In this document: positions 37,891-46,274 of the stretch, piece after piece
Layout of the letters: each line of letters starts with the position of its first letter
Position numbering within the stretch: the stretch's first letter is position 1
DNA from: an uncultured delta proteobacterium
GTDB lineage: Bacteria; Bdellovibrionota_C; UBA2361; OMII01
Assembly (NCBI GenBank): GCA_903904735.1
Contig: CAIVDM010000143.1
Coordinates: forward strand, 15,272 to 79,271
Length of the DNA: 64,000 nt
Direction of reading: 5' to 3'
Translations under genes and position numbers: made by a program
The notes under the pieces: model-generated
Database searches by the model: none
What the model was told of the DNA's origin: nothing
Seen by the model: the letters and a program-made list of their open reading frames with translations, nothing else

Positions 37891-39771
37891 CTACGAAAGA
37901 CGAAGAGATGCCATGAGAAACAACAAGAGTCCGAGCGGAACAGCGGGTGTCAGAAGCCCCGCGAATACCGAAGCTATGAGCGCAAGACCGCAAAAGCCAA
38001 CTAACACTCGAGTTCGATCCACCAAACGACACGAGTCCCTACACTCAGCGAGCAGTCGTTGGATATGAGACACCTCGGGCGTTAACGCTATAACCGTCGC
38101 TCGTCGAATCTCCCCTGACTTGGGCGAGAATAACGACACGTCTGTTCTTGCCAACTGCCCTACGAGATCGGACTCAGATCCTCGCACGAGAAGCGTGGTA
38201 CTTGGCAGCTCCTGCGCAACTCCGGACGACAGCTTCGTTTGAACACCAGGAAGTGAACTATCGTCGGATACGACCGCGTCTTGATTCGTCGAGAGCCAAA
38301 AACGAGCGACAACATCGTCATCGATCGCCACTAAGAGCATGGTGTCGGATCCCTCGCTCGCCAGCTCAGTGTCGGTCGGCTGAACCATGATTCCTCTCTC
38401 AACGAGAAAGTCCTCATTTCCGACTGAAAGCTCGATACCGTGAACGGTCCCACAGATACCTCTACCTGAGTATTCCCGTAGATCCAAAACTCGCTCAATC
38501 GACAAGGTTGAGGCGTGCGCTCTGCAATAATCTCCAGCGGCGACTAAGAGCGCATCCTCTGCCCGACCCAGCAGGGAAGATAAACAGTCGCACAAAGCGC
38601 CGACCGCGAGCCGATCATCCATGACCTCGAGGTGCGTAACCGCGAAGCGTGATCCCGTGGCTATTCTCGACGGATCGATTACTACTGAATCAACAGCAGC
38701 TAGCGCTCGCACCGAATCCTCTGACGAAAGAAGCAGACCCGATGAGGTCCAGCGCCTAACCATCTCACGTCTCATGCCGTGCAAAAGACCAGATATCTGA
38801 CAAAGAGCCGCTCCGAGAGCGACCATGCCGGCGGCGATTAAACTGTCCTGATAGTCATTGGAACGCTCGTTCCATGAGATAGCCGCGGCGACGGCGAGGA
38901 ACGTCAAGGTTACCGCCGTAGCGCGACCCGCCCGAGCGTCCTCTTTGGCCAAGCCCTCGGCCGAACTCTCGACCATCGGTGCCAACGCGTCCTGAAGCTG
39001 TCGAAGATTTGAATCATGCCCGTTCACAATCGCCTGCACTTCGGCACTACCGGCGAGTACCTCGGTTCCCGCATACAGGACATCACCCTCTTCTCGAATT
39101 CGGAAGGTGGGTATCGGCGTAAGGGCACGCTCGTCTACTCCAAGACATCCCCGCTCTACGCGACTATCCGCCGCGACGATATCTCCCTGGCGTAGCGTTA
39201 AGCGGGCGCCCTGCACGACTGGTGCACTTAATTGAGGCGCCGGAAAAAGAAAGTCTGAGTCTCTACGCGCGAGCGCCCTTCCACGCAGCGCGAGTCCTCT
39301 TCCTAGGAGCATCGTGGCAGCGGCGAGCAGAGGCCCGATCACTGAGCTTAGGTCTGCCGTCCTCGAAGGATCATAAAAGTCCAAGACTGAGGAAGCGGCG
39401 ACCAGGAATACACCCACGAACGGTAATGTGGTGAATGGATCTCGCAAAAAAAGAGATTTTGGCCTGATCGCGAACGCCTCTGCGAGGGCTACGATCGCCG
39501 CCGTCAGTACAGCAAGCAGTTGAACGAGCTTTCCTGGCTGAGCACCAAGTCCACCCTGCACTATCGCTCCGCTCAATCCAGCCAGCCCCGCGCACGCGAA
39601 GGCCAGCATGAACTTAGAGCGCCATGTAGCCCTTGGAGCTGGAGTTGGAGACCTGCGTGATGCCGAAACCTCTACCGACGGCTCCGCAACGGGCTCCGTT
39701 TGGTTACCAGTTTCATCTCCCCTCGCGGAAGACCCACCATCGATCACAGGGACCTGGCCAGAGTTGCTCAT
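37891..39771 (-). CDS. P1B-type (heavy-metal) P-type ATPase homolog with degenerate catalytic motifs; predicted non-catalytic membrane protein
   Basis: Collinear blocks are GDIVAADSRVERGCLGVDERALT, GDVLYAGTEVLAGSAEV, VDSVVIDPSRIATG, GRGICGTVHGIELSVGNEDFL and a C-terminal MASLRLS. The TGES, CPx, DKTGT, TGDN and GDGxNDxP signatures are all replaced (see findings). Confidence 0.75.
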   Translation of the reverse strand: MSNSGQVPVIDGGSSARGDETGNQTEPVAEPSVEVSASRRSPTPAPRATWRSKFMLAFACAGLAGLSGAIVQGGLGAQPGKLVQLLAVLTAAIVALAEAFAIRPKSLFLRDPFTTLPFVGVFLVAASSVLDFYDPSRTADLSSVIGPLLAAATMLLGRGLALRGRALARRDSDFLFPAPQLSAPVVQGARLTLRQGDIVAADSRVERGCLGVDERALTPIPTFRIREEGDVLYAGTEVLAGSAEVQAIVNGHDSNLRQLQDALAPMVESSAEGLAKEDARAGRATAVTLTFLAVAAAISWNERSNDYQDSLIAAGMVALGAALCQISGLLHGMRREMVRRWTSSGLLLSSEDSVRALAAVDSVVIDPSRIATGSRFAVTHLEVMDDRLAVGALCDCLSSLLGRAEDALLVAAGDYCRAHASTLSIERVLDLREYSGRGICGTVHGIELSVGNEDFLVERGIMVQPTDTELASEGSDTMLLVAIDDDVVARFWLSTNQDAVVSDDSSLPGVQTKLSSGVAQELPSTTLLVRGSESDLVGQLARTDVSLFSPKSGEIRRATVIALTPEVSHIQRLLAECRDSCRLVDRTRVLVGFCGLALIASVFAGLLTPAVPLGLLLFLMASLRLS

Positions 39772-39835
39772 ACCGGCACCACTCCAAACATTACTGAATT
39801 AGGTACGTAGTCAGGAGTAACGAGACTCAGGAATA

Positions 39836-40081
39836 CTACTTCTTGGACTCTGCTGAATCCTCTGTCGCCGAGCTTGAAACAGTAGCTGCGACGTATTTCT
39901 TCTTCAGCTTTGAGAGCTTCTTGTCCTCAAAAAGAACATGCTTGCGAGCAACTGGATCGTACTTTCGAACCTTAAGCTTCGTCTCGCCTTTGCCCTTTTT
40001 CTTGTTCTTTCGGTTCGTATAGAAGAAACCGGTTCCCTCAGAGGAAACTAAAAAAAACGTCTCTTTTGCGGCCTTTGCCAT
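39836..40081 (-). CDS. rpmG: 50S ribosomal protein L33 (Cys-less type) with a C-terminal extension
   Basis: L33 pattern FLVSSEGTGFFYTNRKNKKKGKGETKLKVRKYDPVARKHVLFEDKK. About 25 extra C-terminal residues. Confidence 0.8.
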   Translation of the reverse strand: MAKAAKETFFLVSSEGTGFFYTNRKNKKKGKGETKLKVRKYDPVARKHVLFEDKKLSKLKKKYVAATVSSSATEDSAESKK

Positions 40082-40332
40082 AACAAATCCTCAATCCACT
40101 CAGCCTCTTATCGCTCTCCCTCGCTGCATGACCGCCCGAACGGACGCTGTTGGGTCTGCAGGTGGTGCGGAGACAGAACCTTGATTTGTAGCCCAAAACC
40201 AGGCCACTTTCAAGCCTGCTAATGACGCTCGATCATTGCGCGTCACGCTAATATAAAACAACCCGAAGACGTTGAGTGGTCGCCGTGCGGGCAATATACA
40301 GAATCTCCCGGGCACGCCTTTCTCCGCCTCGC

Positions 40333-41529
40333 TTAGGAATTAGGGGCGGAAACAATCGCAGTCACGGCGTTTCCACCGAAGCCTGCGGTGTTAATCGCGA
40401 AAGCCTTCAGCGAGCGGCTCCCAAGCCCCGCCAGGGTCGACTCGTACCCCACTCCTCGCCACACGGTTCCCGTCAGGAGTTCCTGCGCCAACTCAAGGCT
40501 TACCATCCCCGAGGCACCGTAGGTGTGACCAGTGCGGTGCTTCGTCGTAAACATCTCCACGTCGCCAAGAACCCGATTAACCGCCGCCTGCTCGGCCCGG
40601 TCGCCGCGAGCAGTGCCCGGGGCATGTAAAATAACGCCATCAACAGCGATCCCAGTGGGTAGTGCTTTTAACGCCATACGCATCGATGACTCGAACGCCT
40701 GGCCGTCCTCCGATATTCCGGTAGCGGATGGGATCTGCTCGACAGCCCACCCTAGCCCCAGCAACTCAAGATCTCCCGGAACCCGCGGGGCCGAATCACG
40801 CACAAGGAATGCCGTACCCGCGGCCTCGCCTAAAACGACTGTGTTTGCCTCCTCGCCGCTCGTCGCGCAGGGGCGGCATGGGGCCACGCCTCGAATCCCC
40901 GAATAGATTCGCAGAGCATCAAGTTGCGCCATCGTATACGGCGTTAGGCACGCCTCACTCCCTCCGAAGAGACACGTCTCGGCTACCCCTGCTTGGAGCA
41001 TCGCGTACGAGACAATAAGCGACTGAAACGCGGACGAGCATGTCATTGAGGTCGAAAGAGCCGCCACGGGAGCAGCGCTTGTAGTAGACGAGCCGCCAAG
41101 AAGCTCTTGAGCCACCCACGACGAGAGATTCCCCGCGGTAGTGATAGGCGACGTAAGAGAGCTGATTCGAGTCGCTCCAGAGCGCAACTCCTCAAGCGAT
41201 CGCTCGATGCTCTCGGTGGGACCTCGCGAAGAACCGAGAGATATACATCCCACAACGCCGTGATGCCCCTCCGAGCGAGTCCTTGTTCTTCGAGCCGCGG
41301 CGAACGCCATCTGGGTAGTTCGGTCGAGCTTCGCGTACTCAGGGAGCGAAGCGATCGACGCCACATCATCGCGAGCCGAAAGCGAGAGAGGAAATACCGC
41401 GCGCCCACCAAGCGACTCGGAGAAGCGTTCTGTCGACTCAAATGGAGCGACCGCCGTTTCAGCCGACAAGACTGCCAAACCGCGAATAAAAAGCCTTCCG
41501 CCTGCACAAGCGCTGGAACTAGATACCAC
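40333..41529 (-). CDS. Beta-ketoacyl synthase, KAS I/II (FabF/FabB-like) type
   Basis: Cys-His-His + Lys context: STSMTCSSAF, ILHAPGTARGD, TKHRTGHTYGASG, NTAGFGGNAV. The proposed GTG start at 41529 overlaps the bioF stop (GTGGTATCTAG). The track ORF extends to 41679, inside bioF. Confidence 0.85.
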   Translation of the reverse strand: MVSSSSACAGGRLFIRGLAVLSAETAVAPFESTERFSESLGGRAVFPLSLSARDDVASIASLPEYAKLDRTTQMAFAAARRTRTRSEGHHGVVGCISLGSSRGPTESIERSLEELRSGATRISSLTSPITTAGNLSSWVAQELLGGSSTTSAAPVAALSTSMTCSSAFQSLIVSYAMLQAGVAETCLFGGSEACLTPYTMAQLDALRIYSGIRGVAPCRPCATSGEEANTVVLGEAAGTAFLVRDSAPRVPGDLELLGLGWAVEQIPSATGISEDGQAFESSMRMALKALPTGIAVDGVILHAPGTARGDRAEQAAVNRVLGDVEMFTTKHRTGHTYGASGMVSLELAQELLTGTVWRGVGYESTLAGLGSRSLKAFAINTAGFGGNAVTAIVSAPNS

Positions 41530-42652
41530 AAACCCTCCGGACCTCGCTTGCCTCTGAGGCGACAGTAAGCGCCGAACGCAACTCCTGTGGCGTGTTAAAG
41601 GAGTGCAAACATATCCGGATACGCTCCTCTCCCTGAGCGACCGTCGGCGAGCGGATGGCGCGTGCGGCGAATCCAGCATCGTGCAGCGCCGCCTCTACCT
41701 GAAGGACCTGCTCATTGCCAGGAATAACAAGCCCCTGAATTGGCGATTCGCTGTCGAGAAACTGCAGGGCTGGAAACTCACGCCGCATGGCTCGAAACTG
41801 CTCAATAAGCGCACATAGCACAGCTCGTTCCTCATGGAGTGTTCGCGTCACCTCGTACGCCTCTCTCATTAACCGCACCGAGAGAAGATCTGGGGCGGTT
41901 GAGTAAATAAAAGGTCGTGAGAAATTAACCAGGGTATCCCGTAAAAGTGAGGGACCCACAACACACGCCCCCTTAAATCCGAGCGCCTTTCCGAAGGTAT
42001 GAATGCGCGCGAACACTCGGTCTTGTAGTCCTAAGTGCTGGACGAGCCCTTCGCCCTGAGCGCCATAAATACCCGTAGCGTGCGCCTCATCGACTAAGAG
42101 GTAAGCGCCCGTCTCTTCAGCGAGCGCGCAGAGATCAGCAAGAGGCGCCTGGTCACCATCCATCGAATACAGGGACTCAACGGCGATAAAACAATCCCCT
42201 CGAACGAGCGGAATCTTGCTTCGCAGATCATCAAGGTCGTTATGATGGAACGAAAACGAGCGCGCCATGCTAAGCCTGATGCCGTCTCGCATCGAGGCGT
42301 GGATTCGCTCGTCGTAAATTATCGTGTCGTGTCGAGAGCCGGTCGCTGACAATAATCCTAGATTCGCCTCGTAGCCGGAACCAAACAAAAGAGCCGATTC
42401 AGTGCCGTGAAACGCCGCGAGAAAATCCTCAAAATCAAGATGCCCCTGATGGGTACCGCTTACGAGCCGCGAGCCGGTGGCTCCAACCGAGTGCGAAGGA
42501 AGCTGCTCCACCGGCGGAGAGATCTTCCTACTCGCGCCTAGATAGTCATTCGAGCAAAGGTCTATCTGCCCAGTTAACGGGCGCAGGCTTCGGAACATTC
42601 CGCCCTTTCGGCGATGATCGAGGGCGGTCTGAAGGCTGTTCGGTACTCTCAT
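41519..42652 (-). CDS. bioF: 8-amino-7-oxononanoate synthase (alpha-oxoamine synthase family)
   Basis: Collinear with remembered E. coli BioF: LCSNDYLG, SMDGDQAPL, VDEAHATGIYG, HTFGKALG (PLP Lys), AIRSPTV. The ATG at 42652 matches the usual N-terminal length; the track ORF starts at GTG 42682. Confidence 0.85.
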   Translation of the reverse strand: MRVPNSLQTALDHRRKGGMFRSLRPLTGQIDLCSNDYLGASRKISPPVEQLPSHSVGATGSRLVSGTHQGHLDFEDFLAAFHGTESALLFGSGYEANLGLLSATGSRHDTIIYDERIHASMRDGIRLSMARSFSFHHNDLDDLRSKIPLVRGDCFIAVESLYSMDGDQAPLADLCALAEETGAYLLVDEAHATGIYGAQGEGLVQHLGLQDRVFARIHTFGKALGFKGACVVGPSLLRDTLVNFSRPFIYSTAPDLLSVRLMREAYEVTRTLHEERAVLCALIEQFRAMRREFPALQFLDSESPIQGLVIPGNEQVLQVEAALHDAGFAARAIRSPTVAQGEERIRICLHSFNTPQELRSALTVASEASEVRRVCGI

Positions 42653-42728
42653 TAGCAAGAAGGGTGTCAAAAGTTGTTGCACATGGTATCAAACCTGCTG
42701 AAGTACTCAAAGTTTATTTGGTGATCGT

Positions 42729-43994
42729 ATGGACGTGTTGCGCGAACTATCCTGGCGTGGGCTTATCCAGGAGACGTCAGACCCCGAGCTGTTCTCAAAA
42801 CTCCGCGCCGGGGACGCTTTCTATATCGGGTTTGACCCAACAGCGCCCTCGTTACAGGTAGGGAATCTCGTCCAGCTTATCGTGGCCATTCACCTCACTA
42901 AAGCGGGTTTAAAGCCAATTCTGCTCTTTGGTGGCGCCACTGGAATGATCGGAGACCCGGGCGGAAGAAGCGCTGAGCGAAACTTACTCGAATTAAACGT
43001 GGTCGCTGACAACGTCGCTCTTCAAGAGCGCCAAGCAAAGACCCTCTGGGAGAACGCAGGGCAGTCCGTGAGCCCGCAGTTCGTAAACAACCTCACATGG
43101 TCAAAAGACCTGAGCATACTCACGTTTCTGCGAGACATCGGAAAACACTTCACCGTCAACTACATGATCGCTAAGGAGTCGGTAAAAACAAGACTTTCAG
43201 GGGACGGTATCTCGTACACTGAGTTTAGCTACATGCTGCTTCAGTCCTTTGATTTCCTCCATCTCTACGAGAACAACAACGTCCGCTTGCAGTTTGGTGG
43301 CTCGGATCAGTGGGGCAACATCACCGCGGGTCTCGAGCTGATTCGTCGTAAAATTCAGGGCGACGCCTACGCGTTCTCGGTGCCACTCATCACGAACTCG
43401 GAAGGGAAGAAGTTCGGAAAGAGCGCCGGCAACGCCGTGTGGCTCGACCCAAAGCTCACAAGCCCCTACAAGTTTCACCAGTTTTGGTTGAACGTTCCTG
43501 ACGCTGACGTGATACGCCTCTTGAAAGTCTTTACCTTCGAGAGTGAGGAATCGATAGCGGCAATTGAAAAGTCGATGCAAGGGCACCCCGAGAAGCGCGA
43601 AGCGCAGAAGTATCTCGCTGACTCACTCTGTACCTTTGTGCACGGCGCGGAAGCGACCGATGACGCCAAGCGGTGCGCGGCGGCGCTCTTTGGAGGCTCG
43701 CTTGATGGACTATCCCGCGAGCAACTCTTGGACATCTTCTCAGAGGCTCCATCATCAACTGTGTCACGGGCGCAGCTCGACTCGCTGGATATGCTCTCGC
43801 TCTTAGCGACGACTGTCTCGAAGTCAAAGGGCGATGCTCGGCGCTTAGTGCAAGGCGGTGGCATCTATGTGGATAACGAGCGCCTCGCCGCCGAAACGAT
43901 GCCTGTTCGCGAGACAAAGCTCTCAGAGAATGGATTTATCGTTATTCGGAGCGGTAAGAAGAACTACCACTTAGTGCGGTTGGCAGAGGAGTAG
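42729..43994 (+). CDS. tyrS: Tyrosyl-tRNA synthetase (atypical HIGH motif)
   Basis: GFDPTAPSLQVGNL, GGATGMIGDP, KFGKS (KMSKS-type), C-terminal S4-like domain GDARRLVQGGGIYVDNE. Confidence 0.9.
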   Translation: MDVLRELSWRGLIQETSDPELFSKLRAGDAFYIGFDPTAPSLQVGNLVQLIVAIHLTKAGLKPILLFGGATGMIGDPGGRSAERNLLELNVVADNVALQERQAKTLWENAGQSVSPQFVNNLTWSKDLSILTFLRDIGKHFTVNYMIAKESVKTRLSGDGISYTEFSYMLLQSFDFLHLYENNNVRLQFGGSDQWGNITAGLELIRRKIQGDAYAFSVPLITNSEGKKFGKSAGNAVWLDPKLTSPYKFHQFWLNVPDADVIRLLKVFTFESEESIAAIEKSMQGHPEKREAQKYLADSLCTFVHGAEATDDAKRCAAALFGGSLDGLSREQLLDIFSEAPSSTVSRAQLDSLDMLSLLATTVSKSKGDARRLVQGGGIYVDNERLAAETMPVRETKLSENGFIVIRSGKKNYHLVRLAEE

Positions 43995-44870
43995 CAAGCG
44001 CGCTCTTCGTTCTTCCGCGACTAACTGTAGCGCGTCCGAATCACAGCATTCGGATGAGGCGCTGCTCTTGTGAACCCACGGATACATAACCGACGGCTTC
44101 GGCTCGCCTAGCAATCTAATCACCTCGCCCGCCGCGATAAATCCAAGTGTACCAGTAACAAACACAGCACTTCCTAGTCCGTCGTTACAACTTTTTCGAC
44201 CCCGACTATCGGTCTCACAGGCCGAAGCGTCAGTGGTTCGTGGACCGCGCTGCTTAGGCGCGTACACGCACGGCACATAAAACTTAGCGCGTTCCCCCTT
44301 TGGGAAATCATACTCATGTCGCAACTGCTTGCGAACGATCTGAAGTAGTGGGTCGTGGATGGTTCGGGCGAGGTCTGCAATCGTAATATCTTGCGGGCTC
44401 GTTCGATCGCCACCTGCCCCAACAGTCACGACACGGATCTGTCGCCTCACGCACTCACCGATAAGAACGGTCTTATTCTCGTTGCGATCGATAGAATCGA
44501 GCACCACGTCGAATCCTCGGGCGAGAATCTCATCGGCGGTTTTTCGAGAGAAGAACTTATTGATGACAGTGACGGCGCACTCAGGGTTTATTTGAGAGAC
44601 GCGCTCGGCGAGGAGTTGTGCTTTTGACTGACCGATGGTTGATGAGAGCGCATGAACCTGTCGATTGATATTCGTCTCACAGACTTCGTCTTGGTCTACC
44701 AAGGTGAGCGAGCCGACGCCGGAGCGGGCCAGAGCCTCTACGCTCCACGACCCCACACCGCCGAGACCAACAACGCAGACCGACGCCCGCGCGAGCCGCT
44801 CGAAATGCTCAGCTCCTAGTAATTGCTCAGTTCCCTTAAAGCGCATCGGTGTTTCCACTAAACCTGTCAT
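43971..44870 (-). CDS. tcdA: ThiF/MoeB-family protein, tRNA threonylcarbamoyladenosine dehydratase (TcdA)-like
   Basis: VCVVGLGGVGSWSVEALARSGVGSLTLVDQDEVCETNINRQ. 24-nt convergent overlap with tyrS. Confidence 0.75.
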   Translation of the reverse strand: MTGLVETPMRFKGTEQLLGAEHFERLARASVCVVGLGGVGSWSVEALARSGVGSLTLVDQDEVCETNINRQVHALSSTIGQSKAQLLAERVSQINPECAVTVINKFFSRKTADEILARGFDVVLDSIDRNENKTVLIGECVRRQIRVVTVGAGGDRTSPQDITIADLARTIHDPLLQIVRKQLRHEYDFPKGERAKFYVPCVYAPKQRGPRTTDASACETDSRGRKSCNDGLGSAVFVTGTLGFIAAGEVIRLLGEPKPSVMYPWVHKSSASSECCDSDALQLVAEERRARLLLLCQPH

Positions 44871-44888
44871 CGGTATTGCTGAGGTCTC

Positions 44889-44903
44889 ATTCCTGTCAGG
44901 AAT
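44889..44903. promoter_or_regulatory. Perfect 7-1-7 palindrome in a divergent promoter region
   Basis: ATTCCTG-T-CAGGAAT between the tcdA-like gene and the oxidoreductase gene. Candidate operator; no known consensus assigned. Confidence 0.25.
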
Positions 44904-45035
44904 ATTCGACCACGCACCACGTTCAAAATAGCACCGTAAGGGAGCTTACCCCGCGAGCGGTTTCTATGCAAAACTCATGCGTCGACTCTCAAGACGGCGT
45001 ATACTTTTGATGCATAGCGTACGAGGCGCTTGGTT

Positions 45036-46274
45036 ATGGGCCCCACAAGCAAAGACACTGACATCGTAATCGTTGGAGCTGGGCTTACTGGTCTGCGGGC
45101 GGCGCTGGAAGTATCGCGAGCTGGCTTATCGGTGTTAGTAGTTGAGCGAGAGAGCGCGGTAGGTGGGCGTATTCGAAGTTCGCGCGTCGATGGGTTCATT
45201 CTTGACCACGGCTTTCAGGTCATTCTAAGCGGCTATCCTGAGCTTGCGACTCTTCCCTCACTCGGACCACTTCGGTGCAAGGCGTTTACCCCTGGCGCTC
45301 GAATAAGACTCGATGGGAAAAATTACGATCTCATCGATCCCCGACATAAACCAAGCTCGGTGCTACGTACCCTCTTTTCACCTATCGTATCCCTTCGCGA
45401 TATCTTTGGGCTTGCGTGCATGATCGCTCGAGCCCCGAAGAGCCCCGAACCGCCGTGTCGCCATTCAACATCAGACTACCTCACCAGACGGCGATTTTCA
45501 CAACTGTTTCGGGGGGCGTTTCTAGAGCCGTTTCTGCGAGGGGTTCTTCTGGACGCACAGCTCTCTTCTGACGCCAGACTGGCCCGCTTCTACCTAAAGA
45601 TCTTTTCTCAAGGAAAGGCACTCCTCCCTGAGAATGGAATGCAGGCGCTTCCCGAACTCCTCGCTACTGCCCTTGGTCGTGAACATATAATCCTTAACTC
45701 ACCCGTCGCTCACTTAAAATCCGACCGAGTGGTTCTTTCTTCGGGTGAGGAGATTCGCGCACGGCGGGTTATCTGCGCCGCTGATGCCCTCTCTGCCGCT
45801 GCCTTAGGCGGGCCAGATCAGACATCGCCGCACCATGGTACCGTCACGATGTATTTCGGCGCGAACCGCCCGCCCTATACCGAGCCACTCTTGATGCTCA
45901 ACGGCGATGGGCGCGGCCCGATCAACAATCTGTGCGTCCCTTCGAACGTACAGCCATCGTATGCCCCTCCAGGAAAGGCTCTTATCTGCGCCAGTATTGT
46001 AGGGTCCGATGCGGCTCGTCCGATCAACGAACTCGAGCAGCGTGTTCGACAGCAGCTTCACTATTGGTTCGGGAGCGAGACGACCGAATGGACGACTTTA
46101 AAGGTATTCCAAATGCCGAGCGCCCTGCCCGCCTGCCCCCGTTTATCAGCGGGGTTTAGGGAGGTCGACGGTATTATTTACGCAGGCGACTACCTTTCGT
46201 ACGGCTCGCAGAACGGCGCCTTAGCGGCGGGAAGAGCAGTCGGCTCGGCGGTAGTTATTAATGAGGTCCTATAG
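45036..46274 (+). CDS. FAD/NAD(P)-binding amine-oxidase/protoporphyrinogen-oxidase-like oxidoreductase
   Basis: Dinucleotide fold DIVIVGAGLTGLRAA...VVERESAVGGR. The track ORF starts at TTG 45030. Confidence 0.8.
   Translation: MGPTSKDTDIVIVGAGLTGLRAALEVSRAGLSVLVVERESAVGGRIRSSRVDGFILDHGFQVILSGYPELATLPSLGPLRCKAFTPGARIRLDGKNYDLIDPRHKPSSVLRTLFSPIVSLRDIFGLACMIARAPKSPEPPCRHSTSDYLTRRRFSQLFRGAFLEPFLRGVLLDAQLSSDARLARFYLKIFSQGKALLPENGMQALPELLATALGREHIILNSPVAHLKSDRVVLSSGEEIRARRVICAADALSAAALGGPDQTSPHHGTVTMYFGANRPPYTEPLLMLNGDGRGPINNLCVPSNVQPSYAPPGKALICASIVGSDAARPINELEQRVRQQLHYWFGSETTEWTTLKVFQMPSALPACPRLSAGFREVDGIIYAGDYLSYGSQNGALAAGRAVGSAVVINEVL

Noticed and set aside
37891-39771. Interpretation of the ATPase-like ORF as a decaying pseudogene
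   Set aside because: 626 codons are open with no frameshift. The terminal TM segments and several non-catalytic blocks are preserved. That favours a maintained non-catalytic protein, although only comparative data can settle it.
41530-41679. N-terminal 50-codon extension of the KAS ORF overlapping bioF by 160 nt
   Set aside because: The extension has no KAS similarity. A GTG at 41529 overlapping the bioF stop gives a normal KAS N-terminus (..LFIRGLAVLSAE) and a typical coupled arrangement.
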